Origin: Planctomycetota bacterium
GTDB taxonomy: Bacteria > Planctomycetota > UBA8108 > SXIK01
Direction: 5' to 3'
DNA: 64,000 nt
NCBI GenBank assembly: GCA_965223265.1
Contig: OZ244999.1
Span: 608,001-672,000 of the forward strand
The notes under the pieces were generated by a model. It was not told where the DNA came from. It was given only the letters and a program-made list of their open reading frames with translations, and searched no databases. The position numbers were made by a program, and so were the translations under genes. This document shows positions 46,197 to 55,600 of the stretch, piece by piece; within the stretch, counting starts at the first letter, position 1, and each line of letters begins with the position of its first letter.

Positions 46197-48605
46197 TCAT
46201 TTCGTCTCTTGCTGAAGTGCACGTCGACGACGAAACGGGTCAGACTCGACGACGGCGAGGATCCAGCTGTGGATGCGAAAATCGGCCGCGACAGTCTTGC
46301 GCACGATCTCGTCGACAGCACAACGATCATAGTATTCTAGACCACGCCCGAGCGCGTAGGTAAGGATTTTCTCTGACAGCGTCCGTGTGAAAGCTTCACG
46401 ATCCTCGAGCAGAAGTCGTTTGAGCTGAGCTGGTCCGGAAATCTGACGACCATCTGGAAGTGTGCCTGACGCGTCGATGAGGAATTTGCCGTCGAACTCA
46501 CGCCAACTCCCAACAGCGTCAAAGTTCTCGAAGGCGAACCCGAGTACGTCCATTTCCTGGTGGCAATTGGCGCACGTCGGGTCCGCGCGGTGCTTCTCTA
46601 AGCGCTCTCGGAGCGAGCCGGAAAGGATCGCCTCCGGCTCCTCAGAAAGCTCTTCGACGTCCGGTGGCGGTGGGGGCGGAGGCGCTCCCAAGACTTGCTC
46701 GAGGATCCATTTGCCACGTTTCACCGGCGAGGTGCGAGTTGGATTGGAAGTCAGCGTTAGGACGCTCGCCTGGGTCAAGACTCCGCCGCGGACGCTGTCG
46801 GCCAACTTGACAGGCCGATACTCGGCGCCGGCGACGCCCGCGATGCCGTAGTGCTTCGCGAGGCGTTCGTTGAGAATCGTGAAGTCGGAATCTATCAGCT
46901 GCAGTAGCGTGCGGTCTTCCCGGAGCAGTGTGTCGAAGTAAAGGATCGTCTCCGCGGCCATCGCCTCTTTGAGCTCGGCATCGAAATCCGGAAACAGATC
47001 CGGGTCGGGCACCACTGCGTTGAGTAGGCGTGTCTGTAGCCACTGTCCAGCGAAGTTCTCGGCGAGAGCTTGGGACCTCGGATGCGCCAGCATTCGCCTG
47101 AGCTGTGCTTCGAGAGTGTCCGTCTCGGACAGCCGTCCTTTCTCCGCGAGCGTGAGAAGTTCATCGTCTGGTGTGGAGCTCCAAAGAAAGTACGCCAGCC
47201 TCGTCGCTAGGGCGTAGTCGCCGAGATCGACGTGCGGTTGAGTTGACGCACCGCTCGGAGCCGGATCCATGGTTCGATGCGGCGTCACCTCAACCAGGTA
47301 AAGGAAATTGGGCGAGATGAGCATCGCCTCGAGGCACAAGATCACCGCTTCACGGAACTCGTCACCCGCTGCGACAGACTCGTGATAGAGGTCGAGGGTC
47401 GTCTCGACTTCGACGTCGCTCAACGGGCGCCGATAGAGCCGCCTGCCGAGCCGGGCGATGATCGAGCGAGCACAATTCTCCTTTGTCGCTGCATCCGACT
47501 CTGGAGATCCCGGGCGGTTCGGGTCGCATGTGAAGACACGATACGCATACCCTTCAGTCTCGGCACTGGGCAGCCGCTCAACCTCAAACCAATCGACGAC
47601 GAGGTTCCGATCGCCGTCGGTGTTGAAGTTGTTCGCGAAGTTGACCGACAGACGGTGACGACCTGCAGGGATCTCGCCACGTAGTTCATATACAGCCGCT
47701 GCGCCCTCCGTAACGTCGACCGACAGTTTGCCAAAGAGCGCATCACCAAGGCGCACCTCGAGTCGCGGAAGCTCCGGTCCCGCCTGCTCGCCGTAGGCGC
47801 GGATACGCACGACATAGTCGCTCGTCGCCCGGACGTCGCAGCTCGTGTAGACGCCGCCTTCGCGCAAAATACGCACGGCCCAGTCACCGACCGGCTCGAT
47901 GGAAACGTCGGCGCGGAGCAGTTCCGCCTCGAAGCGCCGATAGAAGAAGAGCTCGTCTTCTTTCTCGAGTGCGGCGGCCACAACTTCCGAAGCGGCGTCG
48001 AGGTACTTCTCAGCCAGCAGAACGGGCAAGCCTAGCACGTCGCCGATGTTGTCGAAGCCGTAGCCGACATCATCTTCAGGAAAGTTGCGTGATGGTCTGA
48101 TGGCGACGCCGAATATGTCGCGCACGGTATTGTCGTATTCCGCCCGATTCAGCCGCCGGAGAGTGACTGCGCCTGGGTCGACTTTGTCGTCGCAGACAAA
48201 GGAGGCGAGCTCGGCTTCGATGACTTCGACCGCGACTTGGCGCTCGAGTTCCGACGGCTGCGGCTTGCGGCGCGGCGGCATTTCCTTTTCCACAAGAACG
48301 CGGACGAATTTTTCCCACGCCTCCGGTTCCTTGAGAACGGACTCGGCACTGCCGTACTTCGAAAAATCGAGGCCGCCTCGCTGTTTCTCTGCGCCGTGGC
48401 AGCTGGCGCAGTAGCGAGCGATGAACGGGGCAACGTCGGCTTTGAAACTCGGCTCGGGCGTCTCGCCGGCCAGCGTCGGCGTCAGCGAGCACACGACGAG
48501 CACGAACGGCAGCGAACGTTGCAGCAGCGGTAAGCGCGGGCGCGTCGGCTCGGATCGGGAGAAGCCCGCGGTGGTTGTCTGATTCGGCGACTTCACCATG
48601 ATCAC
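46197..48605 (-). CDS. DUF1592/1588/1587/1585/1595 protein with planctomycete cytochrome c domain and inserted beta-sandwich
   Basis: YCASCH, LRRLNRAEYDNTVRD, LAYFLWSSTPDDEL, RTSPVKRGKWIL, CANCH, YALGRGL. Confidence 0.92.
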   Translation of the reverse strand: MIMVKSPNQTTTAGFSRSEPTRPRLPLLQRSLPFVLVVCSLTPTLAGETPEPSFKADVAPFIARYCASCHGAEKQRGGLDFSKYGSAESVLKEPEAWEKFVRVLVEKEMPPRRKPQPSELERQVAVEVIEAELASFVCDDKVDPGAVTLRRLNRAEYDNTVRDIFGVAIRPSRNFPEDDVGYGFDNIGDVLGLPVLLAEKYLDAASEVVAAALEKEDELFFYRRFEAELLRADVSIEPVGDWAVRILREGGVYTSCDVRATSDYVVRIRAYGEQAGPELPRLEVRLGDALFGKLSVDVTEGAAAVYELRGEIPAGRHRLSVNFANNFNTDGDRNLVVDWFEVERLPSAETEGYAYRVFTCDPNRPGSPESDAATKENCARSIIARLGRRLYRRPLSDVEVETTLDLYHESVAAGDEFREAVILCLEAMLISPNFLYLVEVTPHRTMDPAPSGASTQPHVDLGDYALATRLAYFLWSSTPDDELLTLAEKGRLSETDTLEAQLRRMLAHPRSQALAENFAGQWLQTRLLNAVVPDPDLFPDFDAELKEAMAAETILYFDTLLREDRTLLQLIDSDFTILNERLAKHYGIAGVAGAEYRPVKLADSVRGGVLTQASVLTLTSNPTRTSPVKRGKWILEQVLGAPPPPPPPDVEELSEEPEAILSGSLRERLEKHRADPTCANCHQEMDVLGFAFENFDAVGSWREFDGKFLIDASGTLPDGRQISGPAQLKRLLLEDREAFTRTLSEKILTYALGRGLEYYDRCAVDEIVRKTVAADFRIHSWILAVVESDPFRRRRALQQETK

Positions 48606-48796
48606 GCCATCTTAACCAAACAACGTTGCGCCGTCCGCCGGTTTCCTGGAAGTACCGATTTGTCGTGCGAGCTAGGCGGCTTGTCCGTCTCGTGCGGTGG
48701 AGTTACACTTCCTTCGGTATCCGTACGGCTCGGACGCTTCGCTGCGCTGATCGCTGACGCGATGAGCTGTTTGGCCCCTTCCACGGAGAGGAACCG

Positions 48797-49789
48797 ATGA
48801 AGGCCGCGTACATAGACGAACAAGGACCCCCTGAGAACATCATTTACGGCGATCTTTCGACGCCGGAACCCGTCGGCTCTGAGGTGCGTGTTCGGACGAC
48901 GGCCGTCGCGGTCAACCCGATCGATACGTACATCCGCGGCGGCGCGGATTTCTGGGAGCTTCCTCACCCCTTCATCGTTGGTTGCGATGTCGCCGGCGTT
49001 GTCGACAAGATCGGTCCGGATGTCCGACGTTTTCAGGTTGGCGATCGCGTGTGGGGCAGCAACCAAGGGGTCTTGGGACGCCAAGGGAGTTTTGCTGAGT
49101 TCGTCGTCAGCGATGAGGACTGGCTTTATCCGACGCCGGAGGCTGTAGACGATCAGTCGGTGGCGGCGATCTCGCTTGTCGGGATCACCGCGCATCTCGG
49201 CCTTTTCGAAGTGGCGCGATTGAAGGCAGGTGAAACGATCTTCGTGCACGGAGGGACGGGCGGCGTTGGTTCGGTGGTTGTCCAAATGGCAAAGGTGACC
49301 GGTGCGCGCGTGATCACCACAGGCGGGAGCGACGAAAAGGTGGCGGCGGCGAAGGCGCTCGGTGCGGATGTGGCGGTCAACTACAAAACACATGATGTGA
49401 GCGAGGCGCTCGCCGAGGCGGCTCCGGAAGGCGTCGATGTTTTTTTTGAGACCTTGCGGGAACCCAACTTCGACGCCATCGTAGCCGCACTCAAGCCAAG
49501 AGGGCGCATCGTTGTCATGGCTGGACGTACGGCGCGACCCGAGTTCCCGGTGGGGCCCTTCTACGCGAAAGGCTGCTCCATGCATGGGTTCGTCATGTTC
49601 GGCGCCAGCCCGGACGAACAGCGGGCGTGCGCCCTAGACATCAACCGCTGGCTCGTCGAAGGGCAGCTCAAGGCGCAGATCAGCCATCGTTTCTCGCTGT
49701 CGGAAACCGCAGCAGCACACGCGCTGCAAGAGAGTAATACAATTGGCAAGGTGGGGACGCTTGCCGGAAAGATTGTCCTTGTACCCTAG
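48797..49789 (+). CDS. NADPH:quinone reductase (MDR/zeta-crystallin family)
   Basis: VNPIDTYIRGG, GCDVAGVV, FVHGGTGGVG, GKIVL. Confidence 0.9.
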   Translation: MKAAYIDEQGPPENIIYGDLSTPEPVGSEVRVRTTAVAVNPIDTYIRGGADFWELPHPFIVGCDVAGVVDKIGPDVRRFQVGDRVWGSNQGVLGRQGSFAEFVVSDEDWLYPTPEAVDDQSVAAISLVGITAHLGLFEVARLKAGETIFVHGGTGGVGSVVVQMAKVTGARVITTGGSDEKVAAAKALGADVAVNYKTHDVSEALAEAAPEGVDVFFETLREPNFDAIVAALKPRGRIVVMAGRTARPEFPVGPFYAKGCSMHGFVMFGASPDEQRACALDINRWLVEGQLKAQISHRFSLSETAAAHALQESNTIGKVGTLAGKIVLVP

Positions 49790-49852
49790 CGCTATGCGCG
49801 TGTGCACGAGCTGCTATTGACGATGAGCAGAGGAGAGTCTGCACAGGACGTC

Positions 49853-49931
49853 GCGAAGGACAGGAAGAGGAGAGGTGTCGAGGGGCTCGACTCTTCGTAC
49901 TTCGACGTTCCTCCTTCCTCGCTTCCTTCGC
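49853..49931. repeat. Long imperfect intergenic inverted repeat (purine-rich arm, pyrimidine-rich arm)
   Basis: GCGAAGGA..AGGAAGAGGA..GTCGA / TCGAC..TCCTCCTTCCT..TCCTTCGC. Confidence 0.5.
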
Positions 49932-49993
49932 TATCCTTGGCTCAGGGCAGCTAACCATTCGTCTGTGACCCGCGGCACGATCTCTGACCACCT

Positions 49994-52021
49994 ATGCGAA
50001 ACTGCAAGATGTATCCTTCCCAGCGTAACTGTTGTCGAGCGCGCCCGAAGTTGCTTCTCGCTTTGACGTTGACCATCCTGTCGACGGGGACGACGCGCGC
50101 CGCGGCTGGCCGGACCCCAAACATCGTTCTGATCATGGCCGACGACCTTGGCTACGAGGGCGTTCGTGCCAACGGCGGTGTGTCATATCAGACACCACAC
50201 CTCGACCGGCTAGCACAGCAAGGTATGAGGTTCACGCACTGCTACTCGCAGCCGATCTGCACGCCGTCGCGCGTGCAGATCATGACGGGAATCTACAACC
50301 AGAGAAACTACATCCGGTTCGGGATTCTTGAACCGCGCGCGACGACTTTCGCTCACCTCCTGAAGCGATCGGGGTACGCGACGTGCGTGGCGGGGAAGTG
50401 GCAGCTCCAGGGAGGATTTGGAGCGCCGGCACATTTCGGCTTCGACGAGTATTGTCTCTGGCAGCTCACGATCCGTGAGTCACGCTACCCAAATCCGGTG
50501 CTCGAGCAGAACGGCGAGGTGCTCCGGTTTGCGGCTGGTGAATACGGTCCCGACGTCGTCAGCGACTACATTTGCGACTTCATCGAGAGGAAGAAGAACG
50601 GACCGTTTTTCGTCTACTACCCGATGATTCTGCCGCACTACCCCTTTGAACCGACGCCCGACAGTCCCGATTGGGATCCTGCAGTGCCGGGTATTGTTCG
50701 CGGGCGCGGCGATCCAAAGTACTTCCGCGACATGGTCGCGTACACCGACAAGGTCGTGGGTAAGATCGTCGAGCAGCTCGATCGTCTGCAGCTGCGTGAG
50801 AATACCCTGGTACTCTTCACATGCGACAACGGGGCGGCGCGGGAGATTACGTCGCAGTTTCGTGGTCGTGCGTTTCCAGGCGGTAAGGGGACGAGTACAG
50901 ACGCCGGGACGCACGTGCCTTTGATTGCATCTTGGCCGAGTGTCGTGCCGCCGGGGCGGGTTTCGGACACTTTGATCGACTTCAGCGATTTTTTCCCAAC
51001 GCTGCTCGCGGCTGCGGCCGTAGAGAAACCCGCGGACCTGCGGATCGACGGCAGAAGCTTCTTGCCGCAGCTGCGTGGTGAGCGAGGGACTCCGCGGGAA
51101 TGGACGTACTGTTGGTACTCGCGGAGCGGTCGCGACCTCGAGGCCGAGTTCGTCCGGACGCAGCGGTTTAAGCTTTACCGCGATGGACGCTTCTTCGATG
51201 TCGCGGAGGACTGGTTTGAGGAGCGAGATCTCGCAGGTTCTGAGTTGCCAGCGCCCTCCGCGGAGGCGCTCGCGCGATTGCAGATGGCGCTTTCGGCTTT
51301 TGATGAGACACGTACGGTGCCTCCTGAGCAGGAGAGACCGTCTGCGCATGAGATCAAAGAGTCAGTCTCCGTCCTACGGGCGCTCGGAGGGCATGTGTTC
51401 TCGAAAGACGGCAGTGTCGTCGAGGTCAACTTGAATGAGAATCAAGGTGTCAGCGATCACCATTTTCGCTACGTCGGGCGGTGTGTCGACGTCACCGATT
51501 TGTCCCTCGAGGGAACGGCCATCGGCGACGCTGGCGTGGCTCACTTGCGCAGCCTGCGGCAGCTCGAGTGGCTGAACCTCTACCGCACTCAAGTTGGTGA
51601 CGATGCGCTGAGGACGCTCGCCGAGCTTCGACGCTTGAAGTTTCTACCGATCGGTGAGACCCGCGTGACGAATCAGGGACTGGCGTACATCGCCGCGCAC
51701 CGGCGGCTCGAGTATCTTGGCCTACGCGGTAACGACGTGAGCGATGCCGGCCTGCGTCATTTAGTGCAGCTAAGATTCCTCAAGGGGCTTCACCTCGGCG
51801 GCACGCGGGTGACGGACCGTGGTGTGCGTCGGCTGCGCGACCTGACGGCGCTTGAGCGTCTGTGGCTTGACCGCACAAAAGTGACCGATGCGTCGATCGA
51901 AGTGCTGTCGGCATTCAAGGCGCTCAAGGAACTGCACCTGGTCGGAACCGAGATCTCAACCGCGGGGATCGAGAGGCTGCGTGTAGCACTACCAGCCTGC
52001 GAGATCTCGGTGCGGCTCTAG
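49994..52021 (+). CDS. Formylglycine-type sulfatase fused to C-terminal leucine-rich repeats
   Basis: PNIVLIMADDLG, CTPSR, GKW, DNG; C-terminal LRRs (LEWLNLYRTQVGD, LEYLGLRGNDVSD, LERLWLDRTKVTD). Confidence 0.9.
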   Translation: MRNCKMYPSQRNCCRARPKLLLALTLTILSTGTTRAAAGRTPNIVLIMADDLGYEGVRANGGVSYQTPHLDRLAQQGMRFTHCYSQPICTPSRVQIMTGIYNQRNYIRFGILEPRATTFAHLLKRSGYATCVAGKWQLQGGFGAPAHFGFDEYCLWQLTIRESRYPNPVLEQNGEVLRFAAGEYGPDVVSDYICDFIERKKNGPFFVYYPMILPHYPFEPTPDSPDWDPAVPGIVRGRGDPKYFRDMVAYTDKVVGKIVEQLDRLQLRENTLVLFTCDNGAAREITSQFRGRAFPGGKGTSTDAGTHVPLIASWPSVVPPGRVSDTLIDFSDFFPTLLAAAAVEKPADLRIDGRSFLPQLRGERGTPREWTYCWYSRSGRDLEAEFVRTQRFKLYRDGRFFDVAEDWFEERDLAGSELPAPSAEALARLQMALSAFDETRTVPPEQERPSAHEIKESVSVLRALGGHVFSKDGSVVEVNLNENQGVSDHHFRYVGRCVDVTDLSLEGTAIGDAGVAHLRSLRQLEWLNLYRTQVGDDALRTLAELRRLKFLPIGETRVTNQGLAYIAAHRRLEYLGLRGNDVSDAGLRHLVQLRFLKGLHLGGTRVTDRGVRRLRDLTALERLWLDRTKVTDASIEVLSAFKALKELHLVGTEISTAGIERLRVALPACEISVRL

Positions 52022-52078
52022 CGTCCGAGTTGACGCCAACGGAGACGGTCTGCGACGCGAATTCGAGGCCGAGGTCGT

Positions 52079-52112
52079 CTCCGCCATCAACCTCCGCCAT
52101 CAACCTCCGCCA
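52079..52112. repeat. 13-bp tandem repeat CTCCGCCATCAAC x2.6
   Basis: Read directly. Confidence 0.7.
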
Positions 52113-52231
52113 AGCGGCATACCGTAACGCTTTCGACCACCGACACGCGGGACATCATCGCTGGCGGTTGAGCATGCCCATTCGATCGGATAATTTGCTG
52201 CTCACGCGATCGAAGCTTCAACTCAGCGAGA

Positions 52232-52525
52232 ATGACAATGTTTCATATCAACGTTTGGTTAACTGTTCGCGACGCAGCGAACGTCGATGACGTGAGTCAA
52301 CTTCTGGTTCAAGCCGCAAAACTCTCTCGGCAGGAACCTGGCTGTGTACGATTCGAGGCGTATCACTCGCAAGCCGATCGTCGTCGCTTTCTCCTGTGCG
52401 AGCACTGGGAGAGTCAGGAGGCGTGGGAAGTGCACAAGAGTGCACAGGCGTTCACCGAAATCTACCAGCCCAAGGTTCTGCCACTCGTTGACCGCGAACC
52501 TCATATCTCTGATGCGCTTGGCTGA
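52232..52525 (+). CDS. ABM-family (putative quinol monooxygenase) protein
   Basis: SRQEPGCVRFEAY, FLLCEHWESQEAWEVH. Confidence 0.85.
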   Translation: MTMFHINVWLTVRDAANVDDVSQLLVQAAKLSRQEPGCVRFEAYHSQADRRRFLLCEHWESQEAWEVHKSAQAFTEIYQPKVLPLVDREPHISDALG

Positions 52526-52640
52526 TCAGCCCGGACGTCACAGGCTGCCTGTTCGGCTCGCCGTGCCCGCGTGGCGATGTTGTTCGGCCACGTCGATCTT
52601 TGAACCAAACGTGCCCGTCAGGATGGTTGCTTGTGGGCGA

Positions 52641-55600
52641 TCATAGGCTGCACGTCGACTGCAGACACGAGATCGTGTCAGCAGTGGGATCTTCGTCGCA
52701 ATTCGCTCGCGGCTCTGGTAGCGACGTGCCGCGAAATAGGTTGAGGAGGATCGTGATCGCGTCGGTGACGTTGATTGAGCCAGAGTCATTCGCATCCGCT
52801 GCGTCAATACACTGGGGCTCCCGCTCGCCGCGGAAGAGATAGTTGAGCAGAGTGATCGCGTCGCTGATCTCGACGACGGAGTTGGCATCGACATCGCCGC
52901 GCCTGAATGTCGATGGTTCTCGATCTGAAATGGGCGCATGCACGCCTTGTCGGTAGCCGACGAAGTCGATCTGAACCGACCCGGGATTCGGACTGTCACC
53001 GAGTCCTATGGCGAGATAGTTGGCGTAGCGGGTCTCGGTCTCTCGCGGCGGGAGTGTGACCACGTCGTCGAATGTTGGCTCCGCGGCTCCGTTGAGGTAG
53101 AGCCGCACCCGATGTCCATCTTCAGCGGCCACGATCGTCGCCCAGACGCTCTGGAACTGTTGTGGGTCTGCGATGGGGACGGTGCCGCCCGGAAAGAGCA
53201 ACTCGCTGCCGTTCAGCGACAGGGAGAAAATCCGCCGCGCCGTGCGACCTCCGTCATGGACCAGCGTGATCTGGCCACGTCCGCCGACGATCTGCTGGCC
53301 GCTTGGCGCCTCAAGATCGGTGGGGTTTGGATTGACGCGCCAGCGCGCGACGAGCGTCGCCCCCTCGTCGAGCAATCGGTTCTCGTTCGTCAGACCGTCG
53401 AGCTCGAGATGCCGCAGGAGATAAATCGTGCCGTTGTCAGGAAGCGGGAGATCTGGATCTCCGGCGTCTTCGATGTTGAGTGTGGAGACCGCGGCGCCGG
53501 CTCCATCGGTGCTCGAGACTTGTTCGATGCGCACTCCACCAGGGGCACCTTCACCAGGAATCGATCCGTCCCAGCGATCGCTACGTGAGGAGCGGACCCA
53601 TTCGCCGTCGAGTGCTCCGAGCACGAGTGGAGTCACGACGTAGTCGGCCTCGTTGCCGCTGGCCTCATAAAGATAGTGAAAGCCCTCGTTCGGCGGCAGC
53701 CAGCCACCATAGTTTGGAGTCGGAAGAGCCTCGCTTGCAGCTGTCTCCTCGGCAGACTCTCCTCCTCGTGTGAGGGTTGAGATGCCGTACGTGTGAGCGA
53801 CTTCGGGCAATGCGTGCTCGTCCACGAAGAGGGAGCGCTGGAAGGCGTCGGAGGCGCGGGACAAGGTCGCAATTCTCTCGCCGTCGCGAGAGATATGAAA
53901 ACCGAGAACCTCGGCATCCGCTGCGTCTGGCGGTGACCACACAAGTTCGTGCCCTCGGGTGCTGCGCGAGCGCACGGTGAAATCCCGCGGCGCTGCGGGT
54001 GCTGGTCCCACGGCAGTACGAACGTGAAACGCGGTCGGCTCGGAAAGTAGGCTCCAGCGACCGGCGGAGTCGAGGTGGCGCACGCGAAACTCATACGATT
54101 CGCCGACGCTGAGGATCTCGTCGGGGAGGGTGACGCGATCGAGAGGCGAATCAATCTCGATCTCCCATATCGGAAAGACCCAGTCGCCCCCTTCCTTGAC
54201 CACAACCCAATGACTCCGCACGTGCGTGGATCCATCCGGTGAGAGGAGCGGCCGACTGCGTAGCTCGACAGGTAGCGTCACGTCGACGTTCGCGTCAGGA
54301 GACAGGTTGCGAGCGGGAGCCGGTCCTCTCAGATCGAGAAAAACCGTCGACTGCAGACTCGACTGCCGCCGGAACCAATCGGCAAGCAGGTCGACCACGT
54401 TGTCGAAGTCGTTGTAGCGATCGAGGCACTCCTCGCGGGGCGTCGTCAAAGGGCAGGTCAATCGTGTTTCTTTGTCCCACCGGTCGCGATCGGCGTTGGC
54501 TGCCTTCCGCAGGCGTGCGCGCTCGTCTTCGAGGATCCCGCTCAGCCGGTCCAGGTTGTAGAGAGTCTGCCACAGATAGCGGTAGCGGTTGTGATACTCC
54601 CGTTCGAACTTAGGCAAGACCTGGCGACTGATCGGATCGCTGATGTTGAGTTGGCGATCCGCGATCATCGTACTGTCGAGATCCCACGGCACTAGCTCCC
54701 ACTGCTTCGTTTCTGGGTTCTGGTAGTAGTAGAAATTGTGTCCGCCCAAGTCAGCGTGCTGTACCAGTTGCACAACGGCGCGAAACGAGAGGTAGCTCTC
54801 GAGGTTGACGTTCTCTTCGTACCACTCGCGAGTATCGATCGCGCTGTAGCCGTTGACGAACGCGTTGTAGTCGTCGAGCTCGGGCGAGCAATCCGGCGAT
54901 CTCTTGACAGGCCCACCCATTTTATAGATGCCCGCATCGATGGAAGGGCGACCTTGGTCTTCGAACATCACGTTGTCGATCTGCTGGATGTCGAGGTAGA
55001 CGCCGAAGAAGTCACCGTCATACTGCGTGTGCTCTGCAGCCGAATCGATCATGCGCAGATAGACCTGCGTCGTACGCGGGGACGGAACGCCAGCTTCACG
55101 GAAGAGCCGAAACCCCATTGTTTCGATGAGCCCGACGCCGCCGGTTGCGTCAGTGTTCGTGACGTGCTCATTGCTATTGAGGTTGAGTCTGCGGCGCGGA
55201 TTCTCATATGGGGTGCCGTCGTTGTAGCGGCCGCGAAATCGATTGCCCTTATTGAACTTGATTTTCCAATACCGCTTCTTGCGCAAGAAGCGCTGATTGC
55301 CACGGAGGCGAAACGGGACGTGATCGTAGACACGATTCTCGAAGACGAAGGAGCCGACCCAATAGTAGGTGTTGTCGTTGCTATCACGCGTCGCATCGTA
55401 GTGCGCCTCTTCAGTATCTTCGGCACGGGCGATGAGATGATAAACGGGGAGATCTGTCGGGTCAGCGTGGACGACGCCGGGATCGCCGAGGCGGCTGTCG
55501 ATGTCGGCGACGTAGTCGGGCACGCCGTCGTAAACGAAGAACGCGTAGTTCGGTTCCGGATCGCCGAGGCGCGGTGCGACGCTCTCGGCGCCGAATGTGT

